The notes under the pieces are model-generated. The model was not told the DNA's origin. It worked only from the letters and a program-made list of their open reading frames with translations, and ran no database searches. Both the position numbers and the translations under genes were made by a program. Below, one piece after another: positions 1 through 9,601 of a stretch of 64,000 bases of DNA; within the stretch, counting starts at the first letter, position 1; the number at the start of each line of letters is the position of its first letter. Origin of the DNA: an uncultured beta proteobacterium (lineage in GTDB: Bacteria; Pseudomonadota; Gammaproteobacteria; Burkholderiales; Burkholderiaceae_C); NCBI GenBank assembly GCA_963740395.1, contig CAVUEP010000013.1, positions 7,290-71,289 on the forward strand, in the 5' to 3' direction.

Positions 1-524
1 GGCTGGCACCCTTCGTGATGGGCCCCATCAATACCCGCGTCGTGCGCCGCAGCGCGGCCCTGCTGGCGGCACGCGGCCCGTATGCGCCCGATTTCCGCTA
101 CCAGGAATACGCGCGCATCGGCCGCGGCGCGGGCGGCGCGTTGGCGGCAACGGGCCTGGCCGTGGGCATGGCCGCGGGGCGCACCGCGCTCGCCTTGGAG
201 CCGCTGCGCCGCATCGCCCAGCGCCTGGCGCCCGCGCCTGGTGAAGGGCCCTCCGAGCGCACGATGGACCAGGGCTCGTTTCGCTGCGACCTGATCGGCG
301 TCGGCGAACGCGGCAGCGTGCAGCGCGGGCGCATCGCCAGCCGTGGTGACCCGGGCAATCGGGCGACGACGGTGTTCGTCTGCGAAGCGGCGCTGGCCCT
401 GGTGCGCGACGCCAGGAAGCTGCCCGGCGGCGCGCGCCTTGGTGGCGTACTTACCCCGTCGACCGCGTTCGGCGACGTGCTGGCCACACGCCTGCGCGCA
501 GCTGGCATGACCATCGAGCCTTGA
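1..524 (+). CDS. C-terminal fragment of a saccharopine dehydrogenase-like / trans-acting enoyl reductase family protein (5' end outside the window)
   Basis: The ORF is open to the left window edge. The translation GPINTRVVRRSAALLAARGPYAPDFRYQEY matches the recalled C-terminal pattern of this family (PINTRxVRRSxALL...FxYxE). Confidence 0.5.
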   Translation, partial: LAPFVMGPINTRVVRRSAALLAARGPYAPDFRYQEYARIGRGAGGALAATGLAVGMAAGRTALALEPLRRIAQRLAPAPGEGPSERTMDQGSFRCDLIGVGERGSVQRGRIASRGDPGNRATTVFVCEAALALVRDARKLPGGARLGGVLTPSTAFGDVLATRLRAAGMTIEP

Positions 525-553
525 ACTAGCGGCGCTGGCGGGCCGCGCCGCGG

Positions 554-1459
554 CTAGCGCTCGGTCACGCCCAGCTTGTCGAGCAAGCCGTTGAGCTCAT
601 CGAGCGAGCCGAACGAGACGGCGATTTCGCCCTGCTCGCCGCGCTGGGTCTTGCGCAGCACGCGGATCTCGACCGACGCGGTCAGGCGGTCGGCCAGCGC
701 CTCTTCCAGGCGCACGATGTCGCGCGACTTGTTCTGCTTGATGCGCATCAGCGGCGACTGCCGGCCGCTGCTGGCGCCGTTCAGGCGCGCCACGAGCTTT
801 TCGGTCTCGCGCACCGAGAGCTTCTTGCCCGCGACTTCGTTGGCCGACAGGATCTGCTGCGCCGCCTCCAGTCCCAGCAAGGCGCGCGCATGCCCCATCT
901 CGAGGTCGCCGGCGAGCAGCATCTGCTGCACCGGCGCGGCCAGGTTCAGCAGCCGCAGCAGGTTGCTGACCGCGCTGCGCGAGCGCCCGACCGCCTGCGC
1001 GGCCTGCTCGTGGGTCTGCTTGAATTCGTCGATCAAGCGCTGCAGTCCCTGCGCTTCCTCGATCGGATTCAGGTCTTCGCGCTGGATGTTCTCGATCAGC
1101 GCCATCACCGCCGCGGCCTCGTCGGGAACCTCGCGCACCAGCACCGGCACCTCGGCGTGTCCGGCCAGCTTGGCTGCCCGGACACGCCGCTCACCGGCAA
1201 TGATCTCGTAGCGGTTGGCGCCGACCGGTCGCACAAGAATCGGCTGCATCACGCCCTGGCTCTTGATGCTCTCGGCCAGCTCGTAGAGCGAGCCCTCGTC
1301 CATGCGCGTGCGTGGCTGGTACTTGCCGGGCTGCAACTGACTGAGCCTGAGGCTGCTGGGCGCGCCTGCGTCGCGCGGCGTGGCGGGCGCGTCGCTGACC
1401 TTGGGGCCGAGCAATGCTTCGAGGCCCATACCGAGGCCCTTGGGTTTCTTGGTGACCAT
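554..1459 (-). CDS. parB: Chromosome partitioning protein ParB
   Basis: 301-aa ORF with the N-terminal KGLGMGLEALLG motif. It has the ParB-box region GVMQPILVRP..YEIIAGERRVRAAKLAG and the HTH segment HEQAAQAVGRSRSAVSNLLRLL. A parA gene lies in the same neighbourhood. Confidence 0.9.
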   Translation of the reverse strand: MVTKKPKGLGMGLEALLGPKVSDAPATPRDAGAPSSLRLSQLQPGKYQPRTRMDEGSLYELAESIKSQGVMQPILVRPVGANRYEIIAGERRVRAAKLAGHAEVPVLVREVPDEAAAVMALIENIQREDLNPIEEAQGLQRLIDEFKQTHEQAAQAVGRSRSAVSNLLRLLNLAAPVQQMLLAGDLEMGHARALLGLEAAQQILSANEVAGKKLSVRETEKLVARLNGASSGRQSPLMRIKQNKSRDIVRLEEALADRLTASVEIRVLRKTQRGEQGEIAVSFGSLDELNGLLDKLGVTER

Positions 1460-1478
1460 GGGGCGCGATTGTCCGTGA

Positions 1479-2057
1479 TCAGCGGGCGGGCCCGGCTGGC
1501 GCGTCTGAGCGTAACGCGTTGCCGGGCATCAGACCCTCTAGCAAGGCATGCCCTGCCGGCCAGTCATCCAGTCCAGCCTCGGCATTGATGTGGCCGCAGC
1601 GCCCGATGCACACCTGCCGCGCGCCCCAGTCGCGCACCAGGCGCGCGATGGGTTCGACCGCCCCGAAGGGATCGTCCTCGCTCGTGACGGCAATCGCCGC
1701 AAAGGGCAGCGGCTGGCGCACGACCGGCCGCCAGGGGCGCAGATTCGGCGGCATGTCCTCCCGCTCGAGGTCCGGCGGCGCCACCAGCAGCGCCCCCCTG
1801 ACGCGTGCGACCTGCTTCGAATGCGCCGCCCAGGCCGCCACCAGGTGGCAGCCCAGGCTGTGCGCCACCAGCAGCGCGGGCTCGTCGCCATCGAGCAGCA
1901 CCTCCTCCAGCCGCGCCATCCAGTCGCCGCGCTTGGGCCAGAGCCAGTCGCTCTGCACGACCCGGGTGTAGCCGTGGTGGCGCTCCCAGCGGCTCTGCCA
2001 ATGCCCGGCATCGGAGTCGAGCCAGCCGGGCAGCAGCAGCACGCGACAGGGGCTCAT
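1479..2057 (-). CDS. Alpha/beta serine hydrolase, YdeN/RBBP9-like
   Basis: 192-aa ORF. It shows [20 protein letters not shown], the nucleophile elbow AHSLGC, and a C-terminal GHIN motif, as in the small Ser_hydrolase family. Confidence 0.55.
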   Translation of the reverse strand: MSPCRVLLLPGWLDSDAGHWQSRWERHHGYTRVVQSDWLWPKRGDWMARLEEVLLDGDEPALLVAHSLGCHLVAAWAAHSKQVARVRGALLVAPPDLEREDMPPNLRPWRPVVRQPLPFAAIAVTSEDDPFGAVEPIARLVRDWGARQVCIGRCGHINAEAGLDDWPAGHALLEGLMPGNALRSDAPAGPAR

Positions 2058-2107
2058 CGGGGTTGCCTTATCCTAGGGTCCGCAGTTGTTGCCATTTTGG
2101 AGCCGAC

Positions 2108-3052
2108 ATGAAGAAGCACACCGTATTCGTCGACGGTCAGGAGGGCACGACCGGTCTGCGCATCCACGAGTACCTGGCCGCGCGCAGCGACATCGAGGTG
2201 CTGAAGATCGACGCCGACAAGCGCAAGGACGCGGCCGAGCGCGCGCGCCTGCTCAATGCGGCCGACGTCGGCTTCCTGTGCCTGCCCGACGCGGCCGCCC
2301 GCGAGGCCGTCGCGCTGGTGACGAACCCCGACACCTGCCTGATCGACGCCAGCACTGCGCACCGCACCAAGCCGGGCTGGGTCTTCGGCCTGCCCGAACT
2401 CGCCTCCGGGCAGCGCGACGCGCTGCGCTCGGGCAAGCGCATCGCCAACCCCGGCTGCCACGCGACGGCCTTCATCCTGTTGCTGCGCCCGCTGATCGAT
2501 GCCGGCATGGTGCCGACCGAGATGGCGCTGTCGGCAACGTCGATCACGGGCTACTCGGGTGGCGGCAAGAAGATGATCGAGCAGTACCAGGCCGGCGGCG
2601 ACAAGAAGCTCGAGTCGCCGCGGCCGTACGGCCTGCAGCTCGGGCACAAGCACATCCCGGAAATGATGGCCCACACGGGCCTGACGACCAAGCCGGTGTT
2701 CATGCCCATCGTCGGCAACTTCTACAAGGGGCTGTCGGTCAGCGTGCCACTGCACCTGGGCCAGCTGGCCCCGGGCATCGACGCGGCAGACCTGCAAAAG
2801 GCCTTCGAGGAGCGCTACGCCAAGGAGCGCTTCATCCGCGTCAAGCCGCTGTCGGACGCCGCCACGCTCGAAGCCGGCTTCTTCGACGTGCAGGGCGCCA
2901 ACGACACCAACCGGGTCGACCTCTTCATCTTCGCCGACGACCAGCAGGCGATCCTGATGGCGCGTGTGGACAACCTCGGCAAGGGCGCCAGCGGCGCGGC
3001 GGTGCAGTGCATGAACCTGCACCTGGGCTGCGACGAGGGGCAGGGGCTCTAG
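2108..3052 (+). CDS. argC: N-acetyl-gamma-glutamyl-phosphate reductase (short type)
   Basis: An internal ATG of the 415-aa track ORF (aa 102) gives [23 protein letters not shown]. The catalytic region [10 protein letters not shown] and the C-terminal [17 protein letters not shown] are present. The upstream extension is Ala/Pro/Arg-rich high-GC read-through. Confidence 0.85.
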   Translation: MKKHTVFVDGQEGTTGLRIHEYLAARSDIEVLKIDADKRKDAAERARLLNAADVGFLCLPDAAAREAVALVTNPDTCLIDASTAHRTKPGWVFGLPELASGQRDALRSGKRIANPGCHATAFILLLRPLIDAGMVPTEMALSATSITGYSGGGKKMIEQYQAGGDKKLESPRPYGLQLGHKHIPEMMAHTGLTTKPVFMPIVGNFYKGLSVSVPLHLGQLAPGIDAADLQKAFEERYAKERFIRVKPLSDAATLEAGFFDVQGANDTNRVDLFIFADDQQAILMARVDNLGKGASGAAVQCMNLHLGCDEGQGL

Positions 3053-3093
3053 GGCCCGTTAGCGCCGGCCGGCGCGCGTTGCCGCGCCGCGTC

Positions 3094-3861
3094 TCACTGC
3101 GGGTGCCACTCGAAACAACGCTCGCCGAGCGTGAACACCGCCACCCCCGAGGCCTGGCTCGGCAAGCGAAAGAGCAACTCACCGTCGGGGGCGACGACAC
3201 AGCTGCCCCCACCTTCGACGCTCTCTTCCGGCCGATTGAGTGCGTTGGGCCAGTTGGTTTGCACGACATGCGCCCGGGTCGCGACTGCGAGCCGCTGGAT
3301 GTCGCGCACATACTCGGGTGGATCGGTCCTCGGCGTGTCGGGATCCTGGCGCAGCGCACCCGGTACGAAGATCAGGTCGACGGCCTGCGCTTCGAGTTGG
3401 CCACTTACCAAGTCGAGGTCGCCAACTTCCCGGCAGATGACGGCGGAGCAGCGCAGCCCGTGCAAGATGCCGACCGGCCGGGCGGACCCGCGGGCAAAGA
3501 AGGTCGCCTCCGCTGCGGTCAGACCCTGCTTGGCGATGACGGCGCAAGTACTACCCCGTTCGTCGATCAGCAGATGCGAGTTGTACTTGGCGCCGTCATC
3601 GTCGAAGGTCGGCGCGCCCACCGCAATGCCCAGCGAGAGCTCGGCGCAGTGGGCCTGGAGCTCCTGAACTGCGGGCAGGACCCGCTCGGGGACGGCTTCC
3701 ACCCCGATCTTCTTGTGAAAACCCGTGACGGCCAGTTCCGAGAAGCCGCAAAGACGCGCCTCGCGCGTGCGCGCCAGCGACATCGCGCGGCGGATTGCAG
3801 CCACGTTCTCCGGCGTCGTCCAGTGCATCGCGATTTGAGCGATGGCCACGCGGACCGTCAC
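3094..3861 (-). CDS. Carbon-nitrogen hydrolase (nitrilase superfamily) protein
   Basis: This is the C-terminal 255 aa of the composite 645-aa track ORF, starting VTVRVAIAQIAMHWT. It shows FSELAVTG and the catalytic-Cys region GLRCSAVICRE. The GTG start overlaps the upstream stop as GTGA. Confidence 0.7.
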   Translation of the reverse strand: MTVRVAIAQIAMHWTTPENVAAIRRAMSLARTREARLCGFSELAVTGFHKKIGVEAVPERVLPAVQELQAHCAELSLGIAVGAPTFDDDGAKYNSHLLIDERGSTCAVIAKQGLTAAEATFFARGSARPVGILHGLRCSAVICREVGDLDLVSGQLEAQAVDLIFVPGALRQDPDTPRTDPPEYVRDIQRLAVATRAHVVQTNWPNALNRPEESVEGGGSCVVAPDGELLFRLPSQASGVAVFTLGERCFEWHPQ

Positions 3862-4674
3862 GGTGGCGTGCGTGCCTGTCTTGACACGGGCGCCGTGCGG
3901 TAGTGGTAGGCGTAGCCGTCGCTGAAACCCAACTGGCGATAGAGGGCGCGCGCGGCATGGTTGTCGCCCTCGACCTGCAGGTAGGCGCTGCGCGCGCCTT
4001 CGGCCCGCGCCTGCAGCAGCAGCCGGGTGCACAGGCGGCGGCCCAGGCCCGCGCCGCGTGATGTCGGTGCCGTGAACACGTCGTAGAGCCCGACCAGATC
4101 CGCCTCGCGCGCGAACCTGGCCGCAGGCGAGCAAGGCACCATCGGACTCGCGGCGGATCGCCAGCGCCTGGAACGGCACGGGCGACAGCTCGAGACGCTG
4201 CGCATGGGCCTGGCGCTGCGCCAGCGGCGAACCGCGCATCTGGCCGACGGCCTGGGCAAAGGCGCTGTGGCCCAGCGATTGCCAGACCAGGTCGGATGGC
4301 AGCGGTTCGTCGGCCAGCGCATCGAGCGTCGCGCGCAGCATCACGCGCGTGTCGTCGAGGCGCGGCCACTGCAGCGCATGGAGTTGCTGGTCGAGGTCAG
4401 TCGGCTGGCTGAAGGGCGTGATGCGCACCACCATCGGTAGTTGCGCCTCGGCAAACACCGCCTGCGCCTGCGCCAGCTTGTCCACCAGGGGCAAGCGCCC
4501 CGGCGCAACCGCGTTGACGCAGCGCGCGCGCTTGGCCTTGCCGGGCGAGAAGCGGATCAGCCAGCCGTCGAGCCAGCGTTGTTGCGGTGGCGCACTGGCG
4601 TTGAGGCCGGCGTCCTCGGCGCGTGACAGCAGCAGCGGGTCGAAGGCGGCAGCGGCAGGTGGGTTGCGGGTCAC
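3858..4674 (-). pseudogene. GNAT family N-acetyltransferase interrupted by a +1 frameshift near 4116
   Basis: The N-terminal part (WLDGWLIRFSPGKAKRARCVNAV ... ALLACGQ) lies in the frame of track ORF 3094..5031. The C-terminal acetyl-CoA part (FAREADLVGLYDVFTAPTSRGAGLGRRL ... ARALYRQLGF) lies in the frame of ORF 3858..4322. Total length is 817 nt, which is 3n+1. The GTG start overlaps the parA stop as GTGA. Confidence 0.65.
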
Positions 4675-5444
4675 GCCAGGACCTTGACGCGATCGACCAT
4701 CTCGCGCGCGAACTCGACGTAGGCCACCGCCCCCTTGGACGTCGGGTCGAAGGTCACGCCGGCCTGGCCGTAGCTCGGCGCCTCGGCCAGGCGCACGTTG
4801 CGCGGGATCACGGCCTTGAACACCTTGTCGCCGAAGTGCGCCTCGAGCTGCGAGCTGACCTGCTGCTGCAAGGTGATGCGCGGGTCGAACATCACGCGCA
4901 GCAGGCCGATGATCTGCAGGTCGGGGTTGAGGTTGGCATGCACCTGCTTGATGGTGTTGACCAGGTCCGACAGCCCCTCGAGCGCGAAGTACTCGCACTG
5001 CATCGGCACGATCACGCCCTGTGCGCTGCACAACCCGTTGAGGGTGAGCAGGCTCAGGCTGGGCGGGCAGTCGATGAGGACGAAGTCATACGCGTCGCCC
5101 GCGTCGGCCAGCGCATCGCGTAGGCGCCGGTCGCGCCGTTCCAGGCCGACCAGCTCGACCTCGGCGCCCGAGAGTTCGCGGTTCGCGCCGAGCACGTCGT
5201 AGCCGCCCTTCTCGCTGGCCTGTCGCGCCTCGGCAATGCTGGCCGAACCGAGCAGCACGTCATAGGTGCTGAGCGCAAGCTGGCGCTTGTCGATGCCCGA
5301 GCCCATCGTCGCGTTGCCCTGCGGGTCGAGGTCGACCACCAGCACGCGCTGGCCGACGCGGGCCAGCCCGGCGGCGAGGTTGACCGTGGTGGTGGTCTTG
5401 CCGACCCCGCCCTTTTGGTTGGCGATGCAGAAGATGCGCGTCAT
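4671..5444 (-). CDS. parA: Chromosome partitioning ATPase ParA (Soj-like)
   Basis: The start is MTRIFCIANQKGGVGKTTTTVNLAAGLA, with the deviant Walker A. I chose the ATG 12 codons inside the track ORF. Confidence 0.9.
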   Translation of the reverse strand: MTRIFCIANQKGGVGKTTTTVNLAAGLARVGQRVLVVDLDPQGNATMGSGIDKRQLALSTYDVLLGSASIAEARQASEKGGYDVLGANRELSGAEVELVGLERRDRRLRDALADAGDAYDFVLIDCPPSLSLLTLNGLCSAQGVIVPMQCEYFALEGLSDLVNTIKQVHANLNPDLQIIGLLRVMFDPRITLQQQVSSQLEAHFGDKVFKAVIPRNVRLAEAPSYGQAGVTFDPTSKGAVAYVEFAREMVDRVKVLA

Positions 5445-5536
5445 GTCCGTCCCGAATGCCGCCCCACGGGTGAACCGCACGCCGCGGAGCCCACGAGCGC
5501 AGCGAGCTTTGGGGGCTCCATGGGCTCAGTTTCGCA

Positions 5537-6151
5537 TCAATCGCGGACCAGGCGCCAACCGAAGCCGATCAGGAAAACACCCGCCAGCCGCTCGAGCCAG
5601 CGCGCGGCCGCGCGGTGCGCCCGCACCTTGGCGGCCACCGCGTTGGCAAAGGCACACAGGCTCAGGCAGTACAGCGCCGTGATGACCGCGATCGTCACGG
5701 CCATGGCGGCGAACGTCGGCAGGCCGCGGTGCGTGGCCGGGTCGATGAAGAGCGGAAAGAAAGCCATGTAGAAGACGATCGCCTTCGGGTTCAGCAGCGT
5801 GATGAAGAAGGCCTGGCGCGCATAGTGGCGCGGCTGAATGCGCACCGGCGAGGCACTGCCGTCGCCACGCGAGAACAACAGGCGCAGCCCGATCCAGGCC
5901 AGGTAGGCCGCCCCCGCGACCTGCACCGCCTTGAAAGCCAGAGGGTAGGCCGCGAGCAAGGCCGCGACGCCGGCCACGGCCAGCCACAGCAGGACCTGGT
6001 CACCGACGATCACGCCCAGCGTGGCCGCCGCGCCGGCGCGAAAGCCGCCCTTGCCGGTCGAGGTCAGCAGCGCGAACGTGCCTGGCCCAGGCAGCGCGAG
6101 GAAGATCAGGATGGCGGCGCAGAAGGCCGTGAAGTCGGTGATGCCGAACAT
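5537..6151 (-). CDS. LysE/RhtB family amino-acid exporter
   Basis: 204-aa polytopic membrane ORF. The N-terminal LALPGPGTFALL motif is typical of the LysE family. Confidence 0.8.
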   Translation of the reverse strand: MFGITDFTAFCAAILIFLALPGPGTFALLTSTGKGGFRAGAAATLGVIVGDQVLLWLAVAGVAALLAAYPLAFKAVQVAGAAYLAWIGLRLLFSRGDGSASPVRIQPRHYARQAFFITLLNPKAIVFYMAFFPLFIDPATHRGLPTFAAMAVTIAVITALYCLSLCAFANAVAAKVRAHRAAARWLERLAGVFLIGFGWRLVRD

Positions 6152-6221
6152 GTTGACGCGAGGTTACCGGATCACCGCGCTGCGCGGTCGCTGCGGGCGG
6201 CCTGAAGGACAATCACGCCCC

Positions 6222-7310
6222 ATGAACCCAGAGATTCCTGGCACCCCCACCAGCGCGGAGCCCGACGCAGCGCCCGCCGTGGCTGGCGCCGATGCGCCGC
6301 AGGCTGCCACGACCGAAGCCTCCCCCTTGCCGTCGGGTGACGCCCCCGCGCCCGACGCGGTGCCCGACGATTTGCGCGAGCTGCCACCCGATGCGCCCTC
6401 TGAGGCGACACCCGCTACCCCGGTGGAGGCCGGCGAGAGCGCCGTCGCGCCTGCAGCCGCCGCCGAAGCAGGCAAACCGGGGCTGACGCCGGCTGCCTGC
6501 GCCACCCGCTTGGCCGAGTTGTTCCCCGCGTTGTTCATTGCGCAGGGTGCGCCCGGGCCGGCCAAGCCGATCAAGCTGCGCATCCACGCCGACATCCAGG
6601 CGCGCGCGCCGGGCGTCTTCAGCAAGCGCGTGCTGGGGCTTTTCTTCAGCCGCTACACGACGACGAACGCCTACCTGAAGGCGCTGGCCGCGGCGCCGCA
6701 CCGGTTTGACCTCGACGGCGAGCCCGCGGGCGAGATTGCCGCCGAGCACCGCCAGGCCGCGACCGAGGAACTGGCGCGCCGCCATGCCCTGGCCGCGCAG
6801 CGGCGTGCGGCGCAGCGCCCTCCTGCGCGACGCGAGGCACAGGCACCTGAAGGCGCATCAGCGCCAGGCGAGCGGCGCGAGCCGCGCCCCGCGGGTCAAC
6901 GCGATCCAGGCCAGGACGCCCGCCTCGCCGAGCGTGCGGCCCGGCCACAGCGCCCCCCGCAAGCGCCGCGCATGCGCGACGACCGGCAGCGGCCCGAGCG
7001 TGCAACTGGCGCACGGCCGCCTCGCAGTGGCGAGCAAACAGCGCCGCACCGCCGCGCCGAGCGTGCAACGCCAGTGCGCGACACCGCCCCCCCTGCCGCA
7101 GCCCTGCCCACGGATCCGGCACAGCGCGAACGCGCGATGCTGCTGCGCAGCTTCGAGTCCAGCCCCTTGAGCAAGGCCAATTTCTGCGCCCTCAAAGGCC
7201 TGAGCGAGGCGACGCTGGATGCCGCGCTCGAGCAGGCCCAGGCGGAGCGGGGTGGGCACGACGCAACGTCCCATGCGCCGCCGCCTCAACGACGCAGCGG
7301 CAGACGCTAG
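6222..7310 (+). CDS. ProQ/FinO domain RNA-binding protein with Ala/Pro-rich N-terminal and Arg-rich C-terminal extensions
   Basis: The internal ATG (aa 68 of the track ORF) gives MNPEIPG. The core is LAELFPALF...PIKLRIHADIQARAPGVFSKRVLGLFFSRYTTTNAYLKAL, the ProQ/FinO fold signature. Confidence 0.7.
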   Translation: MNPEIPGTPTSAEPDAAPAVAGADAPQAATTEASPLPSGDAPAPDAVPDDLRELPPDAPSEATPATPVEAGESAVAPAAAAEAGKPGLTPAACATRLAELFPALFIAQGAPGPAKPIKLRIHADIQARAPGVFSKRVLGLFFSRYTTTNAYLKALAAAPHRFDLDGEPAGEIAAEHRQAATEELARRHALAAQRRAAQRPPARREAQAPEGASAPGERREPRPAGQRDPGQDARLAERAARPQRPPQAPRMRDDRQRPERATGARPPRSGEQTAPHRRAERATPVRDTAPPAAALPTDPAQRERAMLLRSFESSPLSKANFCALKGLSEATLDAALEQAQAERGGHDATSHAPPPQRRSGRR

Positions 7311-7362
7311 GCGCCGAGCCTGGTTCCAGCGCATTGCCACACGCCTGTCGCAACCGAACGGG

Positions 7363-8760
7363 TCAAGGCGTCACGCCGGTCGGACAGTCCGCCCAGGCCC
7401 GGGCATGCAGCGCCACGCGGCAGGCGCTTTCGTAGCGGATACCTCCTACCAGAATCTCTCGCTTGCTGATGGTCGTGTTCAGGCAGACACCCAGCCAGTC
7501 GATCGCCACCGAGGCTTCATTGGGCAGCCCGTCTTCCCAGCCGTTGATCGCGGTAACCGCCCCTGCGAGCACGACGACCTCCATAGTGTTCAAGGCGCAC
7601 TGCGGATTGACGCGAACGCTCCTCGGTAGCTGACCGGCTCGGGCCGGATTCGACGTCGAACGCGCATTCACGGCCAGCGCTTGTTCGAAGCGCGGGCCCG
7701 GAAACCAGCGTGACTCGGGCACCTCAACCCGCTCGCGTGCCGCGACGTACTGCGCCTGCACCGCTGGGGTCCTTCTGCCGTCTGCGGCGACCACGGTCAC
7801 CGAGGCCGCATGATCGACCGCACCGCGGATGTCAGCAGGCATGGTCAGCTCGATGTGCGTCATGGTCCATGCCGCGAACGGTGGCTTGAGCTTGCCGCCA
7901 GGAAACTGCCCGATGATCTCGACCGCACCAGGGCGCTCCCCCAGGCACAGGCCGTCAAGCGTCACCGTCTTGCCCGGCCTCAGCGGACCGGACACCTCAC
8001 TGAGCGTCGGCGGTCCCTTGTCGAGACACAGGAGCGCCCGCGCATTCGGCACAGATCCTTTCGAGATCGCGTCCAACCGCAGGGGCGGTTTGATGGATGC
8101 CAACTCCCCGACGCGTGCCTGCGGCGGCGCGGCGACGCCAAGGCGGCTCGCCGGCTCGTTCGACGCCACCTGCGGCATCCGCCGCGACAGCGGTACGCGG
8201 CCCGTATTGGCCTGCGCCAATACGGCAGACTTGCGGGTGCCGGACTTGATGGTCTTGGGTGGGCCGGCGAGCTTCGCAAGTTCGGCCAGGATCTCCTGCT
8301 TGATCTCTCCCGCAGGCACCGGTTTGCCGCCAACAATGATGATCGCGCGATCGTCCAGTTGCAGCAGGTCGTTTGGCGCTGGCGCCTGCGCAGCAGACGG
8401 CGGTATCGTCGGAGGTCGCTCCGTAAGTGTGGCGGGTGTGTCGCGTCTCACAGGCGTGGTCGGTACCTTCGGCGGCAGCGGTTGCGGGTTCAGCGCGCGG
8501 CGATCGAGCGGACTGGCCGAAGACTTCGGCGGCAGCGGTTGCGGATTCAGCGCGCGACGATCGAGCGGACTGGCCGAAGACTTCGGCGGCAGCGGTTGCG
8601 GATTCAGCGCACGACGCTCGAGCGGACTCGCCAAAGACTTCGGCGGCAGTGGTTGCGGATTCAGCGCACGTTGGTCGGCTGGGCTGACTGGCGCCTGCGC
8701 GCTGGCTGCGGCAATGGCCAGCGCGGCAATGATGCCTACGATGACGGGGCTCGGATTCAT
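7363..8760 (-). CDS. Secreted protein with four tandem 19-aa Pro-rich repeats and an IPT/TIG-like C-terminal region
   Basis: The start is at aa 52 of the track ORF: MNPSPVIVGIIAALAIAAASAQA, a signal peptide. The repeats read RALNPQPLPPKS(L/S)ASPL(E/D)R. I recognised no enzymatic motif. Confidence 0.5.
   Translation of the reverse strand: MNPSPVIVGIIAALAIAAASAQAPVSPADQRALNPQPLPPKSLASPLERRALNPQPLPPKSSASPLDRRALNPQPLPPKSSASPLDRRALNPQPLPPKVPTTPVRRDTPATLTERPPTIPPSAAQAPAPNDLLQLDDRAIIIVGGKPVPAGEIKQEILAELAKLAGPPKTIKSGTRKSAVLAQANTGRVPLSRRMPQVASNEPASRLGVAAPPQARVGELASIKPPLRLDAISKGSVPNARALLCLDKGPPTLSEVSGPLRPGKTVTLDGLCLGERPGAVEIIGQFPGGKLKPPFAAWTMTHIELTMPADIRGAVDHAASVTVVAADGRRTPAVQAQYVAARERVEVPESRWFPGPRFEQALAVNARSTSNPARAGQLPRSVRVNPQCALNTMEVVVLAGAVTAINGWEDGLPNEASVAIDWLGVCLNTTISKREILVGGIRYESACRVALHARAWADCPTGVTP
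8467..8670 (-). repeat. About 3.6 copies of a 57-bp in-frame tandem repeat inside the 7363..8760 CDS
   Basis: Plus-strand unit: cttcggcggcagcggttgcggattcagcgcgcgacgatcgagcggactggccgaaga. Copies start near 8467, 8524 and 8581, with a partial copy at 8638, and are nearly identical. Confidence 0.85.
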
Positions 8761-8933
8761 TGCGTTTCCTTCGGCGTAGGTAGACGAGAAGTGGCCGTCG
8801 CGCGTGGACCTCTGATCGCAATATGCGTGGACAGCCTCACCGTGCCGGCTTGAAGGGCAACAGGGTTGCCTTGCACAAGGCACGGCGTCATCGCACTCTC
8901 GGCAGACGCGCATGCCGCCGGCCCTGACAGCGG

Positions 8934-9533
8934 CTACAGGCGATTGGCCGCCGCACGGGCAAGTTCTTCGAGCGCCTTGAGCGCCTCGGCTCTGTCGCGC
9001 TGCGACAACTGACTCGAGAACAACCGCACCTGGCGCTGTCCCACCTGAACCACGACCTGTGCCACGTCGTTCAGGATCCCGCGCGCCTCGTCCTTGCGTT
9101 CGACGATCGCCATGGCGCGATCCCCGACGCCGCTGAGCGGCTCGAAGCGCACTGCCTGCTTCGCACTCGGCCGCATCGGGTCGATAGCGCCGTCAACCAT
9201 GCCGCGCGACTCGTCCGCCCAGGACGCCAGTTCGTGGTTCGAGTACTGCACGTAGAACGTGCCGCCAGGATGACCCCGAACGCAGGTCACGATGCCATGC
9301 TTTTCAAGGTTGCGGTCGAGCTGGCCGGGCTTGGCCTGCGCGAACACCTTGCGCACCTGCGCGTCAGAGACCAACGTGCAAGGGTTGCTTATGTCGCCCT
9401 TGCCGGCCTGGGCCACTGCAGTCGGCGCCACCGCGGGCTGCGAGGTCGAAGTCGGCGCCTCTTGCTTCGAGCACGCGGCCGCAATGAACGCCGTGACCAG
9501 TGCGGCGAAGAGATGAAGGCGAATCGAATCCAT
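8934..9533 (-). CDS. Hypothetical lipoprotein
   Basis: The start is at aa 131 of the track ORF: MDSIRLHLFAALVTAFIAAACSK, a lipobox of type IAAAC. 199 aa with no recognisable domain. Confidence 0.55.
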   Translation of the reverse strand: MDSIRLHLFAALVTAFIAAACSKQEAPTSTSQPAVAPTAVAQAGKGDISNPCTLVSDAQVRKVFAQAKPGQLDRNLEKHGIVTCVRGHPGGTFYVQYSNHELASWADESRGMVDGAIDPMRPSAKQAVRFEPLSGVGDRAMAIVERKDEARGILNDVAQVVVQVGQRQVRLFSSQLSQRDRAEALKALEELARAAANRL

Positions 9534-9601
9534 TTGAATCTCCAGATGGGCTGACTCCTTGGGCCTGTGCGGCAACCCCGCTCGCACCGTGTGCCGTCGG
9601 T

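Noticed and set aside
3062-3075. The perfect palindrome GCGCCGGCCGGCGC between the convergent argC and nitrilase-family genes, considered as a bidirectional terminator.
   Set aside because: The best hairpin has only a 5-bp stem with a GGCC loop and no U-tract. GC-rich palindromes of this size are common at this base composition.
3094-5031. A 645-aa minus-strand ORF that looks like a single large gene.
   Set aside because: It is a composite. Its 5' third is antisense-frame read-through of parA. Its middle is the N-terminal part of a frameshifted GNAT gene. Its 3' part is an independent nitrilase-family gene with its own GTG start. High GC suppresses stop codons.
8467-8670. A regular 57-bp repeat array considered as a possible CRISPR.
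   Set aside because: The repeats are directly adjacent with no spacers. They are in frame within a secreted-protein CDS, and no cas genes are present.
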